From the NCBI GenBank assembly GCA_963822445.1, contig CAWGHO010000002.1, positions 960,001 to 1,024,000 on the forward strand: 64,000 nt of DNA, given 5' to 3'. Below are positions 41,069 to 49,895 of this stretch, in pieces. The notes beneath the pieces were generated by a model, which was given only the letters and a program-made list of their open reading frames with translations, did no database searches and was not told the DNA's origin. Source of the DNA: an uncultured Acidobacteriota bacterium. GTDB taxonomy: Bacteria > Acidobacteriota > Thermoanaerobaculia > Gp7-AA8. The position numbers were made by a program, and so were the translations under genes. How positions within the stretch are numbered: position 1 is the stretch's first letter; each line of letters opens with the position of its first letter.

Positions 41069-41701
41069 TCAAACCTTAAAGCTGAGGACTCCGAAGGCCG
41101 CGGCGACATGAAAATCGGCCGGGTCCTTCCTCGTCGGCTGCCATGCGCTGTACTCATCACCCTCCTCGGGATGACGATCGATGCGGAACAGATTCGCGCG
41201 CCACGTCTCTCCATCGACGGGCGTCGTCCGCCCCAGACCGGCGAACGGAATGCGGATCACGGTTTCGACGGACATTTCATTGCCGTCCTGGCAGATCCGC
41301 ACCGCGGTCCACATGCCCTCGCATGTCCAGCTCCGATCGGCGCGCAGGCCCTCCCGCACGCCCCGCGGCGACTCGATGAGCGCGTCGAACATCGTCCCGC
41401 GCGGGTTCACCTCGAGCTCGAAGTAGCGGATGGGGTCGTCCATGCCGAGGAAGACTTCGAAGACGTCTTCTTCATAGAGGGAGGCGTCGTGCTCGAAGAG
41501 CGTGGCCTCGATGCGATCGTCAGTCGCGGAGAAGAGAACGGTGAGGTACTCGCTGTCGAACCAGACCGCGGCGTTCGTGGCCAACCGCGGTTCCACCCCG
41601 TCCGTCGCGCGCCACAGCCGGACCGGCGTGCAGCCGGCGGGCGCGGTCCACGGCTGCTCGATGTCGAACGGTGCGCGCGGAACGGCGAGGGTGTCGGTCA
41701 T
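41069..41701 (-). CDS. Carbohydrate-binding family 9-like (DOMON-like) protein
   Basis: EDVFEVFL, YFELEVNPRG, IPF, WRANLFRID, DFH. Confidence 0.82.
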   Translation of the reverse strand: MTDTLAVPRAPFDIEQPWTAPAGCTPVRLWRATDGVEPRLATNAAVWFDSEYLTVLFSATDDRIEATLFEHDASLYEEDVFEVFLGMDDPIRYFELEVNPRGTMFDALIESPRGVREGLRADRSWTCEGMWTAVRICQDGNEMSVETVIRIPFAGLGRTTPVDGETWRANLFRIDRHPEEGDEYSAWQPTRKDPADFHVAAAFGVLSFKV

Positions 41702-41702
41702 T

Positions 41703-41812
<110 letters not shown>

Positions 41813-41852
41813 CCACGGCATACGCCGTGCAACCGGCCTCCGCGGGCAACCG

Positions 41853-42179
41853 ATGGTGGATCACGAACTGAACGAGTTGAAACGGGAGTTCCTCGCCGAG
41901 GCTCAGGACAAGGTGTCGGAGATGCAGACGGCGCTGGAGCAGGCTCCGAAGCCGGAAGCGCTGGACCGCCTGACCTATCTCGCTCACCAGCTCAAGGGCT
42001 CCGGCGGCAGCTACGGCTATCAGCGCATCTCCACCGATGCCGCGGAGCTGGAGCGAGCCGTGGAGACAGTCGTCGATGATGCCGGGCAGTATTCGGGGCT
42101 CGAGGCCAAGATCCAGCAGCACGTGGTGAATCTGCGGGCCGAGATCGACCGCTGCGCCCGCGAGCTGGCGACGGTCTAG
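41853..42179 (+). CDS. Stand-alone Hpt phosphotransfer protein
   Basis: AHQLKGSGGSYG. Confidence 0.9.
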   Translation: MVDHELNELKREFLAEAQDKVSEMQTALEQAPKPEALDRLTYLAHQLKGSGGSYGYQRISTDAAELERAVETVVDDAGQYSGLEAKIQQHVVNLRAEIDRCARELATV

Positions 42180-43177
42180 CGAACGGCGGCTTCTTCTTTC
42201 GGCCGCGCTTCTTCCTTCGGACGCTCTTCCTTCGGCGTTCGCGTCACGCGCGACGGATCGCGGCGCTTCTCGGCCTGAATCTGATTCCTGCCGTTCCGCT
42301 TCGCGCGGTACAGGGCCTTGTCGGCGGCGATGATCAGCTCCTTCGCCGAATGAATGCGCGACTGAGGCACGCTGGCCACGCCGATGCTCACCGTCACGTT
42401 GACCGGGCCGGCCTGGGTATCGAGCGGCGTCGATTCGATGAGCGTGCGGATCTTCTCGGCGAAGGTGATGCCGTCGACCAGCTCCGTCTCCGGCATCATC
42501 ACCGCGAACTCTTCTCCGCCGTAGCGCGCGACGAGATCCGTGCTGCGCACCGATTCGCGATAAAGCGCTGCCGTGCGCTTCAGCACTTCATCGCCGACCG
42601 CGTGGCCGTACGTATCGTTGATCTTCTTGAAGAAGTCGATGTCGATCATCGCCAGAGACAGCGGCCGCTGATAGCGCTGCGATTCCTCGAACGCGCGGGC
42701 CAGCTCGTCCTGAAAATAGCGATGGTTGTGGAGCTTGGTCAGGCCATCGGTGATGGAGAGCAGCTCCAGCCGCTTGTTCGTCTCGGTCAGCTCTTTCTGC
42801 AGATCGACGATGCGCTTGCCGGCGCGGATGCGGGCCATGAGCTCGGGATACTGGAAGGGCTTGGTGATGTAGTCGTCCGCGCCCAGCTCGAGCCCTTCCA
42901 CCTTGTCTTCCTGCTCGTCCTCGCCGGTGAGCATGATGATGTAGCGCGCCCGGAACTCGGTCTTCGCCTTGATGTCGTGCGCCAGGACCACGCCGTCGGT
43001 GTCGGGCAGGCGGCGGTCGAGAATGGCCAGGTCCCAGGGCTCGGTGAAGAGGCGGTCGCGCGCTTCCGCCCCGGTCGTGCACTCGAACGTCTCGTATCCG
43101 GCGCGTTTCAGATAGAGCCGCACCAGCCGCCGGATCGCCGCATCGTCGTCAACGACTGCCACCGTAAAGTCCGCCAT
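42176..43177 (-). CDS. REC-GGDEF diguanylate cyclase
   Basis: Receiver domain, TDGLT, RSTD I-site, RYGGEEF. Confidence 0.95.
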   Translation of the reverse strand: MADFTVAVVDDDAAIRRLVRLYLKRAGYETFECTTGAEARDRLFTEPWDLAILDRRLPDTDGVVLAHDIKAKTEFRARYIIMLTGEDEQEDKVEGLELGADDYITKPFQYPELMARIRAGKRIVDLQKELTETNKRLELLSITDGLTKLHNHRYFQDELARAFEESQRYQRPLSLAMIDIDFFKKINDTYGHAVGDEVLKRTAALYRESVRSTDLVARYGGEEFAVMMPETELVDGITFAEKIRTLIESTPLDTQAGPVNVTVSIGVASVPQSRIHSAKELIIAADKALYRAKRNGRNQIQAEKRRDPSRVTRTPKEERPKEEARPKEEAAVR

Positions 43178-43212
43178 TCCACGGCCATGGCCGCAACGAA
43201 CGTGCCGACTCC

Positions 43213-44025
43213 TCAGGCTTTGATGCGCATCGAGATGTCGAGCGCGACCACGGAATGGGTCAACGCACCGACGGAAATCCTGTCGACACCGGTCTCCGCC
43301 ACGGCGCGAATGGTCTCCAGAGTGATTCCGCCGGACGCCTCGAGCGGAACGCGACCGGCGGTGCGATTCACCGCTTCGCGAAGCTGGCCGAGGTTCATGT
43401 TGTCGAGGAGGATGAAATCGGGGGTCAGGGCGAGGGCTTCGTCGAGCTCGGGCACGTCGCGGACCTCGATCATGATTTTCTGAGACATGCCCTTCGCGCG
43501 GATGCGCTCCACCGCCGCGGTGATCGAGCCGGCGCGGTCGATGTGGTTGTTCTTGACCAGAAACATGTCGTGGAGGCCGATGCGATGGTTCTCGCCGCCG
43601 CCCGCATTGACCGCGTATTTGTCGAGCACACGCAGACCCGGAGCGGTCTTGCGGGTGTCGTGAATCTTCGCCTTCGTCCCCGCGACGGCATCGACGTAGC
43701 GTCTGGTCGCGGTCGCGATCCCGGAAGCGCGTTGCATCAGGTTGAGCGCCGTCCGCTCCCCCGACAGGAGCGCAATCACGGAAGCCCCAACCTCGGCCAC
43801 GATGTCGCCTGGTTTGACCAGGTCGCCGTCGCGCATGGTCAACGTGACGGTCGCGCTCGGGTCGAGGGTTCTGAAGACGGTCTCGACGACAGCGAGCCCG
43901 GCGATGACTCCTTCCGCTTTGACCAGGAAGCGGGCCGAGCCGCGGTCGGAGGGCGCGAAGATCGCCTCGCTGGTGATGTCGGGGAGATCTTCCTCGAAAG
44001 CGCGGCGGACGATGTCATCGAACAT
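43213..44025 (-). CDS. nadC: Nicotinate-nucleotide diphosphorylase
   Basis: ERTALN, DTRKTAPG, NHRIGL, LLDNM, EASGGI. Confidence 0.96.
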   Translation of the reverse strand: MFDDIVRRAFEEDLPDITSEAIFAPSDRGSARFLVKAEGVIAGLAVVETVFRTLDPSATVTLTMRDGDLVKPGDIVAEVGASVIALLSGERTALNLMQRASGIATATRRYVDAVAGTKAKIHDTRKTAPGLRVLDKYAVNAGGGENHRIGLHDMFLVKNNHIDRAGSITAAVERIRAKGMSQKIMIEVRDVPELDEALALTPDFILLDNMNLGQLREAVNRTAGRVPLEASGGITLETIRAVAETGVDRISVGALTHSVVALDISMRIKA

Positions 44026-44083
44026 AACGTGCGAAATACTGGCACCTTACGTGCCGTTTTGATGGCCAGTTCGTTGACAACTT

Positions 44084-44435
44084 GGGGGCGCACCGGCTTC
44101 GACGGGGACACGTCGGGGTCATGGTTGCATGCCGAGCTCGGCCAGCTCGTAAAACCGGTCGAAAAACTTAAACGCGAATAACGATTTCGCCCTCGCGGCC
44201 TAAAAACCCGTGAGCGCTCGCCCGCCGCCTGCTCACGGCGTCGGGGTCGAGCGTCATGATGTGAGCTGGTGATGTGCGCAACGCCTACGCGTACGTCGCG
44301 AGATTAAGAGGCTGGTCTTCAGGTGGTTCCCGCTCTCCGGACAACCTGAGGACGAGATCAAGCGGAGAGACAAGCATGTAGTAGCCAGGCTGCCACTGTT
44401 TTCGGACGCGGGTTCGACTCCCGCCGCCTCCACCA
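44084..44435 (+). ncRNA. ssrA: tmRNA; tag peptide ANNDFALAA at 44174-44203
   Basis: 5' GGGGGCG..TTCGAC; 3' GCGGGTTCGACTCCCGC CGCCTCC ACCA with G.U acceptor pair; tag frame ends ALAA-TAA. Confidence 0.96.
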
Positions 44436-44454
44436 AGTCAGATTCACGCCAACA

Positions 44455-44496
44455 AGGGCCGCGAGACTCGCCAAACGAGACTTGCGGCCCTTTTTG
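44455..44496 (+). terminator. Intrinsic terminator after tmRNA
   Basis: AAGGGCCGCGAG...CTTGCGGCCCTT followed by a T run. Confidence 0.75.
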
Positions 44497-44535
44497 CATC
44501 AGGCCGCATCGACCACCCTCGAAGGAGACCCCGGA

Positions 44536-46491
44536 ATGCGATTTCGCGTCATCGCTGCTGCCGCATGCATCGTCGCGGTAGCGGTCGCTGCATCCGCCAC
44601 GGAGGCGGAGCTCCGCGCGGTCGCGGAGGCGAACGGTCTCGTGCGCGTGATCATCAAGATCCGGCTCGACGAGCCCTTCGTGCCCGAGGGGCATCTTCGC
44701 CAGGAAGAGCGGGACCGGCAGCGCGACAACATTCGAGGCGTTCAGGACCTCGTCAAGGGCCGATCCCTTCTTGCCCGTCCCAACGAGGTGAAGCGATTTG
44801 CGACCATTCCTTTCCTGACGGCGTCGGCGGACGTCGAGGATCTTCTGAGACTCGCCTCCGATCCGGACGTGGAGTACGTGGCCGAGGATGGTTACGGGAC
44901 GACCGGGCTGACGCACACGCCGGGGATCGTTCAGGCAACCGGGAGCTGGGCTGCCGGCTTTTCGGGTACCGGCCAGATCATCGCCGTGCTCGATACCGGA
45001 ATCCAGGCCAGCCACCCGTTCCTGACGAACAAGGTTGTTTACGAAGCCTGCTTCTCGGAGACCAACGAGCCGCTGTCGATCAGCAGTCTTTGTCCGAACG
45101 GCGGGCCCGTGGCCCGCGGAACCGGGACGGGCGCTGCCTGCCCGGAGGCGGTGGCCGGATGTCATCACGGCACCCACGTGGCCGGCATCGCCGCCGGCAA
45201 AGGGAGCACGTTTTCGGGAATCGCGCGCGATGCCTCGATCATGGCCATTCAGATTTTCCATCGCCGCGATGCGCCGGCCGATTGCAGTCCCGGACCGGCG
45301 CCGTGTGCGCGTTACAGCTTCTCCGATCTCGCCGCCGCCCTCGACGACCTGGCGGTCTTGTACGACACCTATCCCGTCGCCGCGGTGAACATGAGCCTGC
45401 AGGATGGCAACCGCTGGTTCTCGCGAGCCGCCTGCGACGCCTTCCCGGCCTACGGCGCGATCAAGGAAGCGGTCGGCAATCTCGTGTCGCTGAAGGTTGC
45501 CGTCGTCGGCATCACCGGCAACTACCAGTGGGCGGACTCGATTACCGGGCCGGGCTGCCTCTCCGACATCGTGAGCGTCGGCGCCACGACGAAGGCCAGC
45601 GCCGTCCCGACGTTCTCGAATAGCTCGGGGTTTCTCGATCTGCTGGCGCCCGGTGACGGCTTCGCATCCAACTCCGGGGTGTTCTCCTCCGTCCCGTCGG
45701 ACGACTTCGACGCGCTCTGGGGCACCTCGATGGCGGCCCCGCACGTCGCCGGAGCCTTCGCGATTCTGCGGCAGCGCTCACCACTGGCTACCGTCGGCAA
45801 GTTGAAGTCGGACCTGGTGATGACCGGCCAGCCGGTGCTCGACTCGAAGAACGGAGTCACGAAACCGCTGATTCGAATCCTCGACGCCCTGGCCCGCGCG
45901 GACACGACCCCGCCGTCCACGCCGGCCGGCTTTCAGGCCACGGCCTCCGGCATCTCAGCGGAGCTGCAGTGGAACGCGTCGACGGACGACTACGGCATCC
46001 AGCACTACCGCGTGCAGCAGCGTCTCAGCCTGGCCGAAGCCTGGTCCGATCTGCAGACCACAACCTCGACGTCGAAGATGGTTGGTGGAATCACGCCGAA
46101 TGTGACATACCAGTACCGCGTGATCGCGGTCGATACATCCGGGAACGAATCCGCGCCGTCGCCGGCGGAGATCGCGACGTCGTTCTCGTTCACCGATCCC
46201 GTCCTGACCGTCGGCTCGTCACAGATGCGCGCCGTTCACCTGCTGGAGCTGCGGTCCGCGATCGACGCGGTCCGGCAAAGCGCCACCCTGTCCACCGGTC
46301 AGTGGAGCGGCGCGGTGCAAAGCGGTGCCATCGTTCGGGCAAGCGATGTGAGCGAGCTGCGCACGAAATTGTCCGAGGCGCTGAATCAGATCGGCGTGGC
46401 GTTTCCTGCGTTCACCGACGCCGTTCTGACCGCCGGTGCATCGCTGATCCGCGCCGTACACGTCAGTGAATTGCGAGCGAGGACGAACTGA
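44536..46491 (+). CDS. Secreted S8 subtilase with FN3 domain and repeated C-terminal domain
   Basis: AAGGAG RBS; LDTG, HGTHVAG, GTSMAAPHV triad; FN3 (DTTPPSTP..YRVIAVDTSGNES). Confidence 0.93.
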   Translation: MRFRVIAAAACIVAVAVAASATEAELRAVAEANGLVRVIIKIRLDEPFVPEGHLRQEERDRQRDNIRGVQDLVKGRSLLARPNEVKRFATIPFLTASADVEDLLRLASDPDVEYVAEDGYGTTGLTHTPGIVQATGSWAAGFSGTGQIIAVLDTGIQASHPFLTNKVVYEACFSETNEPLSISSLCPNGGPVARGTGTGAACPEAVAGCHHGTHVAGIAAGKGSTFSGIARDASIMAIQIFHRRDAPADCSPGPAPCARYSFSDLAAALDDLAVLYDTYPVAAVNMSLQDGNRWFSRAACDAFPAYGAIKEAVGNLVSLKVAVVGITGNYQWADSITGPGCLSDIVSVGATTKASAVPTFSNSSGFLDLLAPGDGFASNSGVFSSVPSDDFDALWGTSMAAPHVAGAFAILRQRSPLATVGKLKSDLVMTGQPVLDSKNGVTKPLIRILDALARADTTPPSTPAGFQATASGISAELQWNASTDDYGIQHYRVQQRLSLAEAWSDLQTTTSTSKMVGGITPNVTYQYRVIAVDTSGNESAPSPAEIATSFSFTDPVLTVGSSQMRAVHLLELRSAIDAVRQSATLSTGQWSGAVQSGAIVRASDVSELRTKLSEALNQIGVAFPAFTDAVLTAGASLIRAVHVSELRARTN

Positions 46492-47069
46492 TGCGATTCC
46501 TGTTCGTTCTGGCCATCGTCGCGACATCGCTCGTTACTCCGATCTGCTTCGCCCAGGACATCTCCATCTCGAAAATCGGCGTTGAAGACTGCGGGGGAAC
46601 CGGCGGCGACGGTCCTGAGAGCACACCGTGCGGCTCGGGACTGATCATCTACAACGTGACGGTCACGAATAACGGGCCCCTGGCGGCGACGAACGTCACC
46701 ATTGAGGACGCTCTTCCGGGGTCGGTGCTGTTCGGCTCCGTGATTTCGCAGTTCCAGTGGTCGTGCACGGCACCGCCGCACCGCGGCACGGGGACCGTCA
46801 CGTGCAACCGCGCGACGCTGCTGCCCGGCGAATCGCGGCTGATCGCCTACACCGTGCTGCTTCCGCTGGGCTACCCGCAGCACGTGCCGCTGGTCAACAC
46901 GGCCACGGTTTCCGCGACGACGCCCGATCCGAATCCGGCCAACAACAGTTCCACCTCCACCCTTGCCGTGCATCTGCTCGCGCACACACCGACGCTCAGT
47001 GAAGCAGCCATCCTCGCTCTCGCTTTGGCGCTCGGAGTGGGTGGGTATCTCGTCCTGCAGCGTCGCTGA
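46491..47069 (+). CDS. DUF11-domain protein with IPTL-CTERM-like sorting tail
   Basis: YNVTVTNNGP..ATNVTIED, DPNPANN; TPTLSE plus TM plus RR. Confidence 0.85.
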   Translation: MRFLFVLAIVATSLVTPICFAQDISISKIGVEDCGGTGGDGPESTPCGSGLIIYNVTVTNNGPLAATNVTIEDALPGSVLFGSVISQFQWSCTAPPHRGTGTVTCNRATLLPGESRLIAYTVLLPLGYPQHVPLVNTATVSATTPDPNPANNSSTSTLAVHLLAHTPTLSEAAILALALALGVGGYLVLQRR

Positions 47070-47094
47070 CCGCACGCGGTGAACGCGCTGAGCC

Positions 47095-47511
47095 TTAGAA
47101 CTCGCCGGCTGGGTGTGTGCTGACGCCGCTGTTCGACCACAGAAGGCCGCGGTTGTCGGCCGGACCGGTGCCGTTGTAAACCGCCAGATGTCCGTCGTCC
47201 TGCACGAGCGCGAAGTGGTCGCCCGTACTTGTCGCCCCGGAGCTCCACACCTGGCCGAGATTGTTCTCTGGTCCGGTTCCGCTGTAGAGGCAGAAGTTCC
47301 CGTCCGCCTGCATGATCACGAAGAAGTCGCTGGGGCTCCGCTCGGTAAGCGTGCTCCACACCAGGCCCTGGTTGTTGTCCGGGTTGCCCTGGTAGACGCA
47401 GAAGGCGCCGTCGTTCTGCATGAATGCGAAGAATTGCCCGTTCGCGGAAACGAGATACTGGCCTACAGTCAGAAACTGATCGGTCGTGATGAACGTCTTC
47501 CCGATTGCCAT
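47095..47511 (-). CDS. Single-domain bulb-type (GNA/MMBL) lectin
   Basis: QNDGAFCVY, QADGNFCLY, QDDGHLAVY, each followed by VWS/LWS; AAGGAG RBS. Confidence 0.88.
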   Translation of the reverse strand: MAIGKTFITTDQFLTVGQYLVSANGQFFAFMQNDGAFCVYQGNPDNNQGLVWSTLTERSPSDFFVIMQADGNFCLYSGTGPENNLGQVWSSGATSTGDHFALVQDDGHLAVYNGTGPADNRGLLWSNSGVSTHPAGEF

Positions 47512-47639
47512 CGATGCCTCTCCTTCTTTGCCATGGCCGAGCATGAGAGGCGTAGCCCACACACCATCGCGAGGGCGGCTCCGTTCACGCATTGGATGGA
47601 GGATTTGCCGGCATCATGTCACATGTCCCGCCTGCATCC

Positions 47640-48449
47640 CTAAAACCGCAACTGCCCCGTGCGGATGATCGGCAACCACATCCCGATCGTGGCGCCGAAG
47701 ATGCCGATGGCCGTGATCACCGTGAGCACCACGAGCACCGTCGCCATCGCGAAGCGCGCTGATGGCCCGCTTTGTTGCGCGCGCAAATGAAGCTCGAGCA
47801 CCGCGAGCGGAATGAGCGTGTTCGCGAACGACACGAACGTCAGCGCCGGACCGCGAAACGTCGCCAGGTCGAAGCCCACCGGCCCGCCATTGACGAGCAT
47901 CCAGAAAAACAAGCCCACTCTGTAGAACCAGAAGCCGCTCACGGCCAGGAACAGGCGAAGCACCCAGCGGCGATGCGCGGGGAATTGCCGTCTCATTGCC
48001 GAACGCAGAGCGAAGAACGCGCAGACGAGAATCAGAATCGCATTGAGCGACCCGCCAATGTGTTGCCAGACGTCGCCACGCGTTCCGCGGATCCAGGTCA
48101 GGTACAGACCGGAAAGACTCCCCGCCACGGCCATCAGCAGGTAGATGCTGCCCATCCAGCGATGCAGGAGCGGAAAGCGCTTGCGCACCTGCGGAATGAG
48201 CTGCATCGCCCCGCCGATGGTGAGGATGAACGCGGCAAGCAGATGCCCGCCGATTGCGGCGTTCCCCGCCGTGTCGCCGCGTACATAACCGCGCGTGAGC
48301 ACGCCATCCCACGCCTCGAGCTGCCCCTGCAGCGCGGTCCCGCCATAAAACCAGGCGACGTAGCCGGCGAGCATCAACTGGCCGGTGATCGCCACAATGA
48401 ACCAGAGTCGCGCCGCGGCATCGTACGCGTGTTCGGCGGCGGTTCTCAT
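47640..48449 (-). CDS. DUF2306-like membrane protein
   Basis: HRWMGSIY, HRRWVLR, multiple TMs. Confidence 0.82.
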   Translation of the reverse strand: MRTAAEHAYDAAARLWFIVAITGQLMLAGYVAWFYGGTALQGQLEAWDGVLTRGYVRGDTAGNAAIGGHLLAAFILTIGGAMQLIPQVRKRFPLLHRWMGSIYLLMAVAGSLSGLYLTWIRGTRGDVWQHIGGSLNAILILVCAFFALRSAMRRQFPAHRRWVLRLFLAVSGFWFYRVGLFFWMLVNGGPVGFDLATFRGPALTFVSFANTLIPLAVLELHLRAQQSGPSARFAMATVLVVLTVITAIGIFGATIGMWLPIIRTGQLRF

Positions 48450-49096
48450 GAGACCACTGGGTTCAGGACCCGCCGCCTCCGCCACAACGAAAAAATCATG
48501 TAGCCGAGCAGCAGGAACGCCGGCACCAGGAGCACGCCGGACCTACGCCACGCCTCCGGGAACAATCGCGCCTGACCGGGGAACAGCGACATCAACGCGA
48601 TCCAGAAGGCGAAACACATCCGCCACAGGTGGCGCGCGATGCGTTGTCCGCCGGCGACGCCGCCGCGACGAATCATGCGGATGTCGGCGATCACACAAAG
48701 CCAGATGAGGGAGCCGAATACGAAGAACACCGGCGCGGTTCGCGAGCTCGATTGAAAGCCCCACGTGAAGGCCATCACTGCATCGGTGAGGACCACCAGC
48801 AGCGCGGCCCAGTCGAAGAGGCCGATCTTCCGCTCCCTCCGTCTGGCGGCGACCCACGCGGTCGCCACCAGATAGAACGTGAAGATGGACATCATCACAT
48901 TGAGCTTGTTCGGCCTCTCGAAGAGGGCGACGTACAAGCCGCTCGAGGCCATCGACAGCATCGAGACGAAAAAGACGGTTCCCGCCGCGGCGTGCCACCC
49001 GGAGCCTTTGCGCATGAATACCGCGAAGGCTCCGGAAAGCAGACCGATCGTTGCGGCGCAGATATGAAGCAGCAGTAACGGTGAGGGCGTGGACAT
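48446..49096 (-). CDS. DUF2306-like membrane protein
   Basis: KGSGWH..G, RHLWRM, six TMs. Confidence 0.78.
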   Translation of the reverse strand: MSTPSPLLLLHICAATIGLLSGAFAVFMRKGSGWHAAAGTVFFVSMLSMASSGLYVALFERPNKLNVMMSIFTFYLVATAWVAARRRERKIGLFDWAALLVVLTDAVMAFTWGFQSSSRTAPVFFVFGSLIWLCVIADIRMIRRGGVAGGQRIARHLWRMCFAFWIALMSLFPGQARLFPEAWRRSGVLLVPAFLLLGYMIFSLWRRRRVLNPVVS

Positions 49097-49105
49097 GACC
49101 GGCTC

Positions 49106-49879
49106 CTACATGAGAGGCATCGCCGAAGGCGCGTGCTGTTCGTGCAGAGGCATGTGGACCACGCCGCCCGCGCGAAGGCGCCGGTCCTCCACGATCTTTC
49201 CGTCGAACAGCGACACCTGGCGGTCGGCACGCTCAGCGAAGCGCGGATCATGCGTGACCATCACGATGGTGCTTCCCTGCTCGTGGAGCGTGTCCAGCAG
49301 GTCCATCACCAGCTGCGCGTTCTTCGAATCGAGGTTTCCCGTCGGCTCGTCAGCGAGCAACACCTTCGGCCTTCCCACCAGCGCGCGCGCAATCGCCACC
49401 CGCTGCTGTTGTCCGCCCGACAGTTGCGCGGGGTAGTGCTTCTGCCGCTCGGGGATGTTCACCTGCTCGAGCGCGGTCAGAACCAGATCGCGGCGCTGTT
49501 TCCGGTCGAGGTCATTGCGGAACGTCAGCGGCAGCTCGACGTTCTCGAACGCGCTCATTTCTCCGATGAGATTGAAGGCCTGGAAAATGAAGCCGATCTC
49601 GCGATTCCGGACGCGGGCCTGTTCGGCCAGCGGCAGGCCGGTGACTTCCGCGCCATTGAGAAAGTATTTCCCCTCCGTCGCGGAATTCAGCAGGCCCATG
49701 ACCGACAACAGCGTCGATTTCCCGCAGCCGGAGGGGCCGCTGATCGAGACGTACTCGCCTTTGTCGATGGTCAGATTGATGTCATTGAGCGCCGTGGTCT
49801 CCATTTCCGCGGTATTGAAGATTTTCTTGATGTTCTGCAGGTCGATGAGATGTCGGGTAGTCATTGGTCTGTTCTCCAT
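49106..49879 (-). CDS. ABC transporter ATPase (MacB/LolD type)
   Basis: GPSGCGKST, LSGGQQQR, LLADEPTGNLD. Confidence 0.95.
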   Translation of the reverse strand: MENRPMTTRHLIDLQNIKKIFNTAEMETTALNDINLTIDKGEYVSISGPSGCGKSTLLSVMGLLNSATEGKYFLNGAEVTGLPLAEQARVRNREIGFIFQAFNLIGEMSAFENVELPLTFRNDLDRKQRRDLVLTALEQVNIPERQKHYPAQLSGGQQQRVAIARALVGRPKVLLADEPTGNLDSKNAQLVMDLLDTLHEQGSTIVMVTHDPRFAERADRQVSLFDGKIVEDRRLRAGGVVHMPLHEQHAPSAMPLM

Positions 49880-49895
49880 TGAAGGTTTTCGAGAG

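Noticed and set aside
44401-44435. Stand-alone tRNA
   Set aside because: The T-arm and CCA belong to the tmRNA; no anticodon arm, and the tag ORF is present upstream.
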